Of a stretch of DNA of 46,712 nt, positions 1-9,118 are shown one piece after another. This DNA is from a virus (taxonomy: Duplodnaviria; Caudoviricetes). A program made the translations under genes and the position numbers. How positions within the stretch are numbered: position 1 is the stretch's first letter; each line of letters starts with the position of its first letter. Below the pieces are notes generated by a model. The model did no database searches, was not told where the DNA came from, and saw only the letters and a program-made list of their open reading frames with translations. Location of the stretch: IMG/VR virus record IMGVR_UViG_3300024310_000012, positions 1 to 46,712 of that record; one strand, 5' to 3'.

Positions 1-126
1 GTCTTCCGAGGTCTCAGAAATGAACAGCGCCCTATTGAGGGCCGGCCTCGATGGGTCGTGGTCGCGGTCGCGGTCGCGGTCGGGGTCGCGGTCGCGGTCG
101 TGGTCGCGGTCGCGGTCGGGGTCGCG
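1..126. repeat. Terminal direct repeat / assembly overlap (copy 1), indicating a circular complete phage contig
   Basis: 1-126 is identical to 46580-46705. The ORF ending at 46602 and the ORF starting at 20 (=46599) join across it. Confidence 0.95.
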
Positions 127-223
127 GGCGGGGTCGTGGTCGGGGTCGTGGTCGCGGTCGTGGTCGTGGTCGGGGTCGTGGTCGCGGTCGGGGTCGTGGT
201 CGCGGTCGCGGTCGTGGTCATAA
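20..223 (+). CDS. Low-complexity Ser-(Arg/Trp/Gly) repeat peptide, 67 aa
   Basis: Its ATG overlaps the TGA of the upstream gene 46267-46602 (ATGA). A 12-aa unique leader is followed by 27 dipeptides. Confidence 0.7.
   Translation: MNSALLRAGLDGSWSRSRSRSGSRSRSWSRSRSGSRAGSWSGSWSRSWSWSGSWSRSGSWSRSRSWS
56..217 (+). repeat. 27 tandem hexamers TCG(C/T/G)GG
   Basis: Read directly: tcgcgg, tcgtgg and tcgggg units plus one gcgggg variant. Confidence 0.97.
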
Positions 224-239
224 CGAACTGGAGGAGTAA

Positions 240-416
240 ATGGATGCACTCAACGAACTCTTTGACGAGATCGAGCGGCTGATCCCGCTCAAAGATCGCG
301 AGACCTGTGCGCTGCGGTGCGCGATCCGCGATGCCGCCGTCAAGTACGGCAGCGCCGTTCGCACCGAGACAACCGCGAACGTCCAAGCGATATGGAGGGG
401 ACAATGCCCGCACTAA
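240..416 (+). CDS. Hypothetical protein, 58 aa (MDALNELFDEIERLIP...; below the ORF-track cutoff)
   Basis: Strong GGAGGAG SD before ATG 240; fills the gap and overlaps the KTSC start. Confidence 0.7.
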   Translation: MDALNELFDEIERLIPLKDRETCALRCAIRDAAVKYGSAVRTETTANVQAIWRGQCPH

Positions 417-607
417 GATCATCGAACCTGGCCGCCGCCGAGTACGACGCCGAGACGCAGACGCTCGAGATCACGTTCAAGAGCGGTTCGGTCTACACCT
501 ATGCGAGCGTGGACGAGGGCACCTACGACGACCTCCTCGCCGCCGCCTCGCCGGGCAAGTTCTTCGCCGAGAAAATCAAGGACGTGTTCACCTACTCGAA
601 AGCCTGA
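404..607 (+). CDS. KTSC domain protein
   Basis: SSNL..AEYD...TLEITFKSG.VY.Y..V....Y..L..A.S.GKFF...IK pattern; GGAGGGG SD before ATG 404. Confidence 0.9.
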   Translation: MPALRSSNLAAAEYDAETQTLEITFKSGSVYTYASVDEGTYDDLLAAASPGKFFAEKIKDVFTYSKA

Positions 608-708
608 TCCATATGGCCCCGACAGCGAAGGATGTTAATCAAGCGGCTTTTTTGTCTTGGGCTGAGTGGGCTGAACACCGCCGGGATGTTCTTGAAAGGG
701 ACAAGACG

Positions 709-1527
709 ATGGACGGAGAACGGGGAATATACGACCCGGAAACGGGCGAGATTGCCGAGCGGCCGCAGCCGGCAAGAGAGGTCATCGTGGCGGCACCGAC
801 CGGCACTCATCGCTGGTCGAGCCCATGCGGCGAGTTGTTCGCCGCGATGGCCCTGGCCCAAGCCCAGGTCGAGAACGTCGAGAGGGCAGGGGTGAACTCG
901 ATTACCTCCACCATCAAAGTCGGATACGCCAAGCTCGGCGACGTGCTCGATGAGGTCCGGCCCAAGTACGCCGCGCAGGGGATCAGCATCACGCAGATGC
1001 CGATCAACGGCGTGGGATCGAATATCGGGGTCGTGACCCTGTTCGCGCACAAGAGCGGCCAATGGCTCGAGTCGACGCTCTATGTCGCGCCGACCAAGTT
1101 CGACGCGCAAGGGGCAGGCAGCGTCATCACCTATCTGCGCCGCTATGCGCTGATGGCGATGGCCGGGGTGGCGCCGGACGACGATGACGGCAACGCCGCG
1201 GTCGGGAGACCGTCAGAAACCCGCACAGAAGCCCGCACAGCGCAGGGAAGCCCTCCGGCGGGTAGAACAGCCCCCCACCGCCCCCAGGCCGCTCCGCCGC
1301 CTTCTGACGCGGAATCTGAGGCCACCGCGCTCTACGCGGCGATTCGGACCCGCATCGACGAGGCGGCGACGGTGAAAGGCCTCGATACGATCGTTCCGTC
1401 ATTGGAATGGAAGACCCTTAGCGACGCGATACATGCGATCCGGTCGGAGGACGTGGCCGATACCACGATGAGCATCCTGCGCGACCGCATCGAGGCCCAG
1501 CGCAAATTCCTGCTGAGCGGAGCGTGA
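709..1527 (+). CDS. erf: ERF-family single-strand annealing protein (alternative start 613)
   Basis: YAKLGDVL, HKSGQWLES and the signature AQGAGSVITYLRRYAL.A..GVA.DDDDGN. Confidence 0.9.
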   Translation: MDGERGIYDPETGEIAERPQPAREVIVAAPTGTHRWSSPCGELFAAMALAQAQVENVERAGVNSITSTIKVGYAKLGDVLDEVRPKYAAQGISITQMPINGVGSNIGVVTLFAHKSGQWLESTLYVAPTKFDAQGAGSVITYLRRYALMAMAGVAPDDDDGNAAVGRPSETRTEARTAQGSPPAGRTAPHRPQAAPPPSDAESEATALYAAIRTRIDEAATVKGLDTIVPSLEWKTLSDAIHAIRSEDVADTTMSILRDRIEAQRKFLLSGA

Positions 1528-1637
1528 TACGCCGCCCGACGCCGACCTGGCGCAAGGTCATCGGCATCATCATCGTCGTGCTCGTGCTCCTCGGGGCCTG
1601 CACGCTGATCTTCAACGGAGGAATGTGGGGTGGCTAA
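1524..1637 (+). CDS. Small single-TM membrane peptide, 37 aa
   Basis: GTGA overlap with the erf stop; hydrophobic stretch VIGIIIVVLVLLGACTLIF. Confidence 0.55.
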   Translation: MIRRPTPTWRKVIGIIIVVLVLLGACTLIFNGGMWGG

Positions 1638-2151
1638 CTTCGTTCCCCTCTTATTCGTCGATCACATCGACCTCGCCGGCAGCCTGCGCCGGCACGAGGG
1701 GTTGTACGACCACGGGACGCCGCGCATCCTGCCGGTCCATGTCCCGCGCAAGGGCAGCGAGGACGACGACGAGGATTTCGTTTACCTCGCCTCAACGATG
1801 GGGAAATGGGTCGAACTCAAGAACTTCTTGGGTAGGATCAAGCGCGAGGCCGAGCGGCTGACCGGCCCTATCGAGTTCGGGCGCATCTGGATCGAGATGC
1901 TGGACCCGGGCGTGACGCTGCCGTGGACGACCGAGAGCGGCCCCTACATCGAGCGGCACACGCGCGTCTACATGGCGCTGCGGACCAATCCCGGCGTGCT
2001 GATGGTATCGGGCTGCGAGGCCGCAAGCCCGGCGCCCGGGTGGGTTACAGCGGTCAACGTGCGGGTGCCCTGCACCGCGATCAACATGGGGCAGCATCCG
2101 TGCGTCCATCTGGTGCTGGATTGGAAAAGGAAGGAACCGACCGATGGCTGA
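1630..2151 (+). CDS. Asp/Asn beta-hydroxylase-like (2OG-Fe(II) DSBH fold) protein, apparently lacking catalytic residues
   Basis: GRI.I..L.PG..LP, R..MAL.TNPG....SG.E, PG....VN...P..A.N.G....VHLVLD spacing matches the family; GGAGG SD. Confidence 0.75.
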   Translation: MANFVPLLFVDHIDLAGSLRRHEGLYDHGTPRILPVHVPRKGSEDDDEDFVYLASTMGKWVELKNFLGRIKREAERLTGPIEFGRIWIEMLDPGVTLPWTTESGPYIERHTRVYMALRTNPGVLMVSGCEAASPAPGWVTAVNVRVPCTAINMGQHPCVHLVLDWKRKEPTDG

Positions 2152-2317
2152 GCCGACCCTTGCCGCGCTCCTGACCCGCATCGAGATCCTAGAGCGCCAC
2201 GTCGCGCAGCTGGAGCGGGCTATGCGTAAACCATTCCCTTCGCAAACCCGTGGGCCTGTAGTCGATCCAGATCTCTGGCTAACCGTTGTCCAATATCAAT
2301 CCGGTAAGGGGGACTGA
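2144..2317 (+). CDS. Hypothetical protein, 57 aa
   Basis: AAGGAAGGA SD, overlaps the previous stop, coiled-coil-like N-terminus; 3' end overlaps the convergent gene. Confidence 0.35.
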   Translation: MAEPTLAALLTRIEILERHVAQLERAMRKPFPSQTRGPVVDPDLWLTVVQYQSGKGD

Positions 2318-3506
2318 CCGGCATCTCGACCCGCCCGACGACGCGGTAGGCTGCTGACCTAGCCTTTTGCACCGTCTCTCCGGTCCCGGTGCAAATCAAG
2401 GGGTACGACCCCGCCGTTGCCAGCTGGCCCTTGTCCATCATCGCCTGAGCCAGATGCACCTTCTCCTCGATGGCCGGGCTGATCCCCCAGATCGGCACGC
2501 CGACCAACTCCTCGGTCTTGCCGTGGCCGTATGGGTAGGGCGGGATCGGCATCACGACGCCGACCGCGACCTCGTTCAAGCGCCGCGTGTTCGGCGGCTT
2601 ACCCGCGGCAAGCCCGGCCAGCCACTCGACCGGATCATCATGCAGCGCACACTCGATGTTGAAGGCCGGCCAACCTAGGCGCATCGTCCATTCGAGCGGC
2701 CACGGCGTTCCGTCCTCGTCAACGATACAATTCACATCAACATTGCCGACGTATCCCATTGATACGAGACGATCCTCGAACGGCTTGAGCACCGCGTCGG
2801 CCATCTTCGAGGAGCGTACCAGGCGCATCGTCGTGCCCATTTCGCCGGTCGTCGGGCCGACGCTGCCGGCGCATAGCCGCTTCTCCTCCCAGTTCTCCTC
2901 CCAGCCTGGCGCAAAACCGTCAGGTCCAATCCAGCCGCCGACCGCGAACTCGACCCCCTCGATGCGGTCCTGCACCATGAGGCCGCCGGGGAAGGACATG
3001 CCCTCCTTCTGCCAGCGCCCAAGGCGCCAGAGGATCGAGTCCGGGTTCTTGCCGACGACGCTGGTTGACTTGTCTCCCACGTCGCCACAAGGCTTTACGG
3101 CGCATCCTTCATCCCGTTTCTCAACATACTCCATCGCCTCGCGCAGGTTCTGGCATTGCCGGAACGGCGGGATCGGGATGCCGGCGCGCTTGAATGCCGC
3201 CATGCCGGCCAGGCGGTCGAGTTCCCACGCCGCCGCCTCGGCGCAGCCGCCGATGATCGGCACCCCCTCAGAACGCCAGCGATCGAGCTCGACCATCCAC
3301 TTGCCGTTGCCGCCGACGACGACGAGATCGGCCCACCGCATCGAGGCTCGCCAATCCGTCACGCGCTCGACCAGGCCGCGACCGGCCGGCGCCTTCACAG
3401 GGTCGTAGGCGCGGACGTGAAAGCGACATTCGTGGCCGAGGCGCTTGGCGATGACGGCGAGATCGAGGAGGCCGTCTGCCGTGTCCTCGATCAGGAGCAG
3501 ACGCAT
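2220..3506 (-). CDS. PurD (GAR synthetase)-like ATP-grasp ligase
   Basis: AAAWELDR, AVKP.G, QDRIEGVEF, EEKRL..G.VGPTTGEMG, PLEWTMRLGWP, YRIDIG; TGATG overlap sets the start at 3506. Confidence 0.85.
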   Translation of the reverse strand: MRLLLIEDTADGLLDLAVIAKRLGHECRFHVRAYDPVKAPAGRGLVERVTDWRASMRWADLVVVGGNGKWMVELDRWRSEGVPIIGGCAEAAAWELDRLAGMAAFKRAGIPIPPFRQCQNLREAMEYVEKRDEGCAVKPCGDVGDKSTSVVGKNPDSILWRLGRWQKEGMSFPGGLMVQDRIEGVEFAVGGWIGPDGFAPGWEENWEEKRLCAGSVGPTTGEMGTTMRLVRSSKMADAVLKPFEDRLVSMGYVGNVDVNCIVDEDGTPWPLEWTMRLGWPAFNIECALHDDPVEWLAGLAAGKPPNTRRLNEVAVGVVMPIPPYPYGHGKTEELVGVPIWGISPAIEEKVHLAQAMMDKGQLATAGSYPLICTGTGETVQKARSAAYRVVGRVEMPVSPPYRIDIGQRLARDLDRLQAHGFAKGMVYA

Positions 3507-5248
3507 CAGAACACCGGCTGTCGGGGATCGCGCCGGGGCACTCTTTTTCCTGCTTCGACCCCCGCTACAGGCGCAAGCCCGCTGGGGGAGGGTGTCCATG
3601 CCGGCAAGTTATGTGCTCCTTGCAGCGTGAGGTATGGCACTATTAGCGCCCCGCCTGCTGTCAGATCGCCCAGCATACGCGCTCCGCTGCGCGTGGGCTC
3701 GATCGCGCGGTTGAGAACGCCCGGCTGAATAACCTCCATGCCGGCATCGGCGAACGCCTGGAGGGGTTCGAGGCCCTGCGAAAAGCGGCTCTCGCTCGTC
3801 GAGTTCCCGCGAATTGTGTCGCGCAGCTGCTTCGGCGTGAACACGCCCTTGTCGCCCCGCACCGCTGCGGCGCGCGCCTCGGCGAACAGCGAGAATGCTC
3901 GATTAATCTTTTGCAGTTCGGCTCCATAGCGCGGGTTTTGCGCCGTTACCTCGTCGCGGAGTGTTCCGAGCGTGCGCCGCAGCGCCCGTGCCAACTCGTC
4001 ATCGCGGCCGCCAGCAAAGCCGTCCGCCCGGGCCGAAATGTCACGCTCGACCTCCTTGAACACCTTCCCGCTCATCATCCCGTTTTCGTCAAACCGGCCA
4101 AGAATGCGGTTCTGGATGATGGTGCTGAGCCGCCGGGCGTCGTCCTCGGCCATCTCGCTCATCATCATCGTGACCTCAGGGTTCGACTGAATGACCCTCG
4201 TCACGCCTTCGCGGTTGAGCGAGATATGCGGCAGCAACGGCTCATAGGCTTCGTTGAACCGCTTGGTCGCGAACTCCATGAGAGGATAGCCGGCCTTGAC
4301 CGAGCGGGGCACGATGCCCCCGATCCCTTCGAGCGATTGAGCAACGGTAGCGCGATTGAAGTCGTCAACGCTGCGCCCGACCCTGCCGCGCACAAGCCCC
4401 TGGAGGATCGGGTAGGTCTGCATACTGCGCTCGCGCTCGGACATATTGAGCGCCTGGCCGGGCGAGAGGCGCACGCCGCGCTGCACCAGCATCCGGGCGG
4501 CATCCTTCCATGTCTCCGGCGGCGTGGGCGGTGCCGGTCTTGGAGCCGCAACAGGGGCAATCGGCGCGGCCCCCGGCGGCACCTGTTCCGGCGTCAACGA
4601 TGGCGACTGAGTGACGCGCGGCGGCCCCGAAGGCATTTGCACCGGAGCCATCCTCGGGCTCGTGCCCACAGGAGGCACGGCAGGAGGCGCTACGGGGGGA
4701 GGGGTTGCGGCTGGCCTCTCCAGAACCGGAGGCCGCAACACCGCGCCAGCGGCCCCGATAGGACCACCCACGGCCATCCCTGTGCCTGCGCCCGTCGCTA
4801 TGTCTCGCGCAAACTGTTCCGGCCGTGCCGTTGATGCCGCGCCAATGGCACCGCCGGTTGCCCCGGTGAGGGCGCCCCACAGCGCTGCTGCCCCGGTCGT
4901 CGCCCCCCGCGCCGCCGCGAGCGGTGCCGTTGCCCCCATCTCGCCGATCGTCTCGCCGACCGCCGAGGCGATAGGATGCTGGCGAACTTCGGGGGTCCGC
5001 TGGTAGTCCTGCTGCCGGGTGACGGCATATCGGTCGATGTCCTTGACGGCTTCCGGCGATCCGGTAATACCGCGAGCGCCGAGGCGACCGAGGCCGGTCG
5101 CGATGTTGCCCGCGCCTTGCACAAGACCCTGCCACAGCGCTGCCGGGGTCGATGCCTCGGGCGCGGGGGGGCCGGCCGCTATTGCCCCACCGACAACTTG
5201 AGACAGCCGCAGTCCCTGTGCTTGAGGCTCTACATCGGAGAGGTTCAC
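3506..5248 (-). CDS. Internal virion / DNA ejection protein, 580 aa
   Basis: Ala/Gly-rich hydrophobic segments plus a helical C-terminus; last of three coupled large genes after the GNAT, typical podovirus position. Confidence 0.7.
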   Translation of the reverse strand: MNLSDVEPQAQGLRLSQVVGGAIAAGPPAPEASTPAALWQGLVQGAGNIATGLGRLGARGITGSPEAVKDIDRYAVTRQQDYQRTPEVRQHPIASAVGETIGEMGATAPLAAARGATTGAAALWGALTGATGGAIGAASTARPEQFARDIATGAGTGMAVGGPIGAAGAVLRPPVLERPAATPPPVAPPAVPPVGTSPRMAPVQMPSGPPRVTQSPSLTPEQVPPGAAPIAPVAAPRPAPPTPPETWKDAARMLVQRGVRLSPGQALNMSERERSMQTYPILQGLVRGRVGRSVDDFNRATVAQSLEGIGGIVPRSVKAGYPLMEFATKRFNEAYEPLLPHISLNREGVTRVIQSNPEVTMMMSEMAEDDARRLSTIIQNRILGRFDENGMMSGKVFKEVERDISARADGFAGGRDDELARALRRTLGTLRDEVTAQNPRYGAELQKINRAFSLFAEARAAAVRGDKGVFTPKQLRDTIRGNSTSESRFSQGLEPLQAFADAGMEVIQPGVLNRAIEPTRSGARMLGDLTAGGALIVPYLTLQGAHNLPAWTPSPSGLAPVAGVEAGKRVPRRDPRQPVF

Positions 5249-7263
5249 TTGACCTCCTCTATCTCGGGGTCGTCGGGCTTTGAGGCATCAATGCGAATCA
5301 CTCGATATTGCTTGCCACCCGCAGGAATGATCTGTCCGACCGTGTATTTGGCTGCCGCAGAGGCTGGAACGCCCTGCGTCTCCTGCCCGGGCGCCCCCGG
5401 CGCCGCGACAGGTGCCCCTGTAGATGGCGCCCCGCCAGCAAGCGCTTCAAGCTCCTGCTTCGCACGCGGAGACAGAGCCCTCTCGAAATCCTGCTCGGAC
5501 ATGCCGGCACTTTGTGCCTGCCTGCGATACCCGCCGAGTTGTCCAGCCATCAGTTTCTTCGCCTGCTCCGCCACCCCTGCAAGCTGCTCGGGGCTATTCG
5601 CCGCATTAAAGCTATCTCGCAATTCCTCGCGATCCTTGAGTGCGCCAACACCACCGATGACGGCTTTGCTAACCTCTGCGCCGACGATCGACTTCGTGAA
5701 ATTGAAGTCTATTGGCCCTTGGTAGCCGAGTTCCTGCGCTATACGGTTCTGTGCGTAATTCAGAGCCCGCACGTCACCGCTCGCAAGCGCATTGGCCGCT
5801 TCCTCCATGACCGCGAGATGGTCGATCGACACCGAGAATGAACGGATCGCGTCGCCCTGTCTCCCCGAGGTAAATGCCACGCTCCCACGCACCTTGGCCT
5901 GATATTTGGTCTGATCGTATTCGGGATTGAGTTGGCGCACCTTCGCCATGACATCCTGCCCAAACTTCGATCGCATGGCCCACCCGCTGAGCGGGGCCAA
6001 ATCGTATTTGGCAATGCCGTCGGCAACAAAATTCACCGTCTCGGGCTTTGATGGCGCCTGCGAGGCGGTTCCGAGCTTCGTGGCCCCCTCTGGAGCATCA
6101 ACCGGCAAGGATGGTTCGCCGGGTTTGACCCACATTGATTTGCCCGTCGCCGGGTCTGTCAGCAGCGTATAACCTTTGTTGGCCTGATTCTTCGCGGTCG
6201 CCTCCAGGCGCCGGTCGATATTCGACTCGGTTTGTTCAAACCGCCTCTGCTGCATCTCCTCCTGATGCGCTTGCGTCTGTCGCTGCATAAACTCCCTGGC
6301 GAACTCCTGCTCCTGGGGTGCAAGCTGCTTCCAGCGCTCCATGAACAGCTTGCCGCGCTGCTCATCGCTGAGCCCGGGGATGCGAGAGATGACGCCGACA
6401 AGCCCTTGCTGGGTCATCTTCCGGTGCATGTCAGGCGTGATGATCCGCTCCAACTGCTGATTAGCCTGTCGCACCGCCGGGTCCGGCGCATCGGTCGCGG
6501 TCGGCGGCCCAGCCTGCGCCGTCTGCGGCCCGCCAGGCGGCATTTGTTGGGCGGCAGGACTTCCTTCGGTGGCATCCGTCGCGGTCTGCGGGCCAGCCGA
6601 AGCCATCTGTGGAGCGCCCCCGATGCCCTGCCGGGGGCCGACACCAACTCTCGCCGCCCCGTGATAAGGTCCCCACCCGGTACGACCGGCATTCTTGAGC
6701 GACCAATCTATCATGGCGCGCTCGTTGTTTTGCCAATCTCTCGGGTCCAGGCCGGTTTCCCGTTGAAACTCGTCACCCAACCCGCCGCCAATATGCAGCT
6801 GCGGCGCTCCAAAAGAAGTGCCCTTGTCTCCGACAGGGTTTGCCAAACCCTCAGATCCGTACACCTTGAGTGCGATATTCGGATCGACCCCGTATTTCTG
6901 CGCCGTCTCGCGAATGTAGCCCGAGAGGTTGCGTGGGTCGCTGACCGCTCCACCCGCACGCAGTCCGCCGCCAAGGTCGCGACCGCTCATCTGCGGTTGT
7001 GGCGTGCCGCCCGGCAAGTTGCTCATCTGCGACAGGTCGCCCATGCCGCCGACGGGGCTGGCGCCGCCCATCTCGCCCTGCGCCAGAGCCCATTCCGACG
7101 AGGCCAGCTTCTGCTGGTCGGCCCGATCCTTCATGTCCTGCTGGAACTTCGCCAGCTGCATCTGCAACAACATCGTGCGCTCGCGTTGCGCCTGCTGCTG
7201 CTGGTACTGCTGCGCGAACTGGCCGAGGCCGGCGCCGATGGCGGCGAGAGGGAAACCGGGCAT
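5245..7263 (-). CDS. Ejection protein with lytic transglycosylase/lysozyme-like domain
   Basis: Start MPGFPLAAIG (TGATG overlap); YIRETAQKYGVDP.IAL.V..SEG...GD.GTSFGAPQL...GWGPYHG; Gln-rich coiled coils. Confidence 0.75.
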   Translation of the reverse strand: MPGFPLAAIGAGLGQFAQQYQQQQAQRERTMLLQMQLAKFQQDMKDRADQQKLASSEWALAQGEMGGASPVGGMGDLSQMSNLPGGTPQPQMSGRDLGGGLRAGGAVSDPRNLSGYIRETAQKYGVDPNIALKVYGSEGLANPVGDKGTSFGAPQLHIGGGLGDEFQRETGLDPRDWQNNERAMIDWSLKNAGRTGWGPYHGAARVGVGPRQGIGGAPQMASAGPQTATDATEGSPAAQQMPPGGPQTAQAGPPTATDAPDPAVRQANQQLERIITPDMHRKMTQQGLVGVISRIPGLSDEQRGKLFMERWKQLAPQEQEFAREFMQRQTQAHQEEMQQRRFEQTESNIDRRLEATAKNQANKGYTLLTDPATGKSMWVKPGEPSLPVDAPEGATKLGTASQAPSKPETVNFVADGIAKYDLAPLSGWAMRSKFGQDVMAKVRQLNPEYDQTKYQAKVRGSVAFTSGRQGDAIRSFSVSIDHLAVMEEAANALASGDVRALNYAQNRIAQELGYQGPIDFNFTKSIVGAEVSKAVIGGVGALKDREELRDSFNAANSPEQLAGVAEQAKKLMAGQLGGYRRQAQSAGMSEQDFERALSPRAKQELEALAGGAPSTGAPVAAPGAPGQETQGVPASAAAKYTVGQIIPAGGKQYRVIRIDASKPDDPEIEEVK

Positions 7264-8741
7264 CAGAGAAACCCCAAAGGTAGGATAGAGGCCAGCGTGT
7301 CGAAAATTCCGCCACCCGCCGCCGCCGGCAACAAATTCTCGGCCGCGAACATATCCCCCGAGGCGAGCCCGGCCCCCGCGCCGCCGCCGAATAGGCCGCC
7401 GATGCCGCCCGAGCCAAGGATGCCGTTGGTGCCGCCGAGGAGGCTGTTCTGCCCGAACAGCATGTTCGTGCCGCCAAGAAGCCCGGCAAGGCCTTGTGAG
7501 GTTTGGTTGAAACCGAGGTTGCCAATGTTGGCACTTAGCGCCGAAGCATTCCGCCCGCCCGTCATATAATCCATCAAATTGCCGATTTCCTGCTGCGGCA
7601 GCTGGAACTGGTTGTTGCCCAAAGCCGACAGATTGGCGAGCCCCTGCAACGTGTTCGTCCCGATGCCCGCCTGGGTGTTGTAGGGCGCGGCTCCGAACTG
7701 CTGCTGCGCGCCGACGCCCTGGAGGTTGAGCCCCGTCGCTCCGGTCAGCCCCTGCCGCGCGTTGTCGAGCAGCGAGCCATACCCAGCCGCCCCCTGGATA
7801 CCCGCCTTGTTGCGCTGGTCGAGCGCCTGGAGTATCTGCCCGATCTGGCTGGTATAGACGTTGCTCGGCAGCCCCGCCGAGCTCGCGGCCAACCCTGGCG
7901 CCTGCCCGTAGAGGTTCGCAGCCTGTCCCGCCGATTGTCCGGCCTGCCCGTACAGATTGCCCGCCTGGCCCGCCGCGGCGCCCGCCGCCCCTACGCCCTG
8001 CGCCTGCCGGGCAAGCTGCTGGTTCTGCCAATCAACATCGAAATTGCCCATCGCGTTCGCCGCGACGCTCGCCCCATAGGGCGTCCCGCCAAGGCCCGAC
8101 ATCGCGTTGATCGCGTTGGTCTGGTCCATCAACCGGCCCTCTGTCCGGTTGAACAGCGCCGCGCGAGGATCGAATGCCGAACTGAGAAGCGGCTGAACCG
8201 CGCCGCCGATCTGCCCGGCAAGCGCCTGCTGCTGCGGCACCTGCCCGGCGATCTGCCCGCCGAGCCCCTGGATTGCCCCCGCCCCCTGCGCGCCCATGCC
8301 CGCCGCAGTCTGCGCGCCGCCGAGCGCCTGCCCGTAATAGGGATTGCCCTGAATGCCCGCGATCGCCGCGCCATAGGCGGGGTCGAAGCCCTGCGCGAGC
8401 GCCGTGTTGGCGAACGGCAGCCCTCCGAGCGCCGTCTGGTTCAGCGCCTGCGCACCACCGAAAGCCTGCGGAGCGGCGATGTTGAAGGCATTTTGCGCCG
8501 CCTGGTCCGACCCCCATATCGCCTGATTGGCGTAGGGATTGTTGAGAACGTCGGCGTAAACCGCATTCTGCGCCAGCGGATAGTTGACACCGGCCGGCGT
8601 GCCCGCGCCCGCGTTGGCCGAGAGGCCGAGGAGAGGCTGGACCGTCTGGAACAGCGCATCGGCCGCCGCGGGCTGATTTGGCGGATTGAAGACGGTGGCC
8701 CCTTGCCCGCTGCCGCTACCGCTTTGCGCGCCGCCCATCAT
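7263..8741 (-). CDS. Gly/Ala/Gln-rich DNA ejection (pilot-like) protein
   Basis: Composition and position directly upstream of the other two ejection genes; ATGA overlap at 8738-8741. Confidence 0.7.
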   Translation of the reverse strand: MMGGAQSGSGSGQGATVFNPPNQPAAADALFQTVQPLLGLSANAGAGTPAGVNYPLAQNAVYADVLNNPYANQAIWGSDQAAQNAFNIAAPQAFGGAQALNQTALGGLPFANTALAQGFDPAYGAAIAGIQGNPYYGQALGGAQTAAGMGAQGAGAIQGLGGQIAGQVPQQQALAGQIGGAVQPLLSSAFDPRAALFNRTEGRLMDQTNAINAMSGLGGTPYGASVAANAMGNFDVDWQNQQLARQAQGVGAAGAAAGQAGNLYGQAGQSAGQAANLYGQAPGLAASSAGLPSNVYTSQIGQILQALDQRNKAGIQGAAGYGSLLDNARQGLTGATGLNLQGVGAQQQFGAAPYNTQAGIGTNTLQGLANLSALGNNQFQLPQQEIGNLMDYMTGGRNASALSANIGNLGFNQTSQGLAGLLGGTNMLFGQNSLLGGTNGILGSGGIGGLFGGGAGAGLASGDMFAAENLLPAAAGGGIFDTLASILPLGFL

Positions 8742-9118
8742 GGCAGTTTCTCCACCGCATCTGCGTACTCGGACCACGACATTCCGAGCGCCGCGATCAG
8801 CATCCGCTCAACCGCCGTCGCAAAGCAATGCTGCCGGTGATAGGGCGCGGTCGGATCGTCGCCCGGCTCGTCGTCGTTCAGCGGCATCCGGTCCTTCTCG
8901 AACGCCATGTCGAAAGCGTCGATCGCCTCTTGGGTGATGCCTTCCCCCTTACAGAGCAACGCCTCGACAAGCTCATGGACCGCGACCGCCGCTTCAGCGC
9001 GCCAATCGCCCATGTCCGAGACCCGGATCAAGAGGTTGTGCTCGTTGGGCCAGAGCCAATCCCCACAGGTGGGATATCGCTGGTCCTCGTGCCGGATGAC
9101 CTCAATCGTGATCCGCAT
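8738..9118 (-). CDS. Hypothetical phage protein with HELVE (HExxE) motif, possible metalloenzyme
   Basis: QRYPTCGDW, AVHELVEALLC, EPGDDP.APYH.QH.FATAVER. Confidence 0.7.
   Translation of the reverse strand: MRITIEVIRHEDQRYPTCGDWLWPNEHNLLIRVSDMGDWRAEAAVAVHELVEALLCKGEGITQEAIDAFDMAFEKDRMPLNDDEPGDDPTAPYHRQHCFATAVERMLIAALGMSWSEYADAVEKLP

Noticed and set aside
1-126. Biological terminal repeat of the virion DNA
   Set aside because: The length is close to a common assembler k-mer and it breaks inside a tandem repeat mid-operon; more likely a circular assembly overlap.
56-217. CRISPR array or DGR variable region
   Set aside because: 6-bp period without spacers; no cas or reverse transcriptase gene and no template/variable repeat pair seen.
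51-282. Poly-GR (51-239) and poly-VA (58-282) ORFs
   Set aside because: Alternative frames of the hexamer array; only the frame starting at 20 is coupled to the upstream gene.
640-656. Possible intrinsic terminator (gcggc followed by T run)
   Set aside because: The stem is too short to support a call.
2220-3506. True purD auxiliary metabolic gene
   Set aside because: PurD substrate motifs are altered and the context is virion genes; gene symbol withheld.
7264-8031. N-terminal extension of ORF 5245-8031 (and similar extensions of 307-1527, 32744-33700, 43205-44320, 44453-45139)
   Set aside because: They overlap other real genes in shadow frames; starts were reassigned using SD and stop-start coupling.
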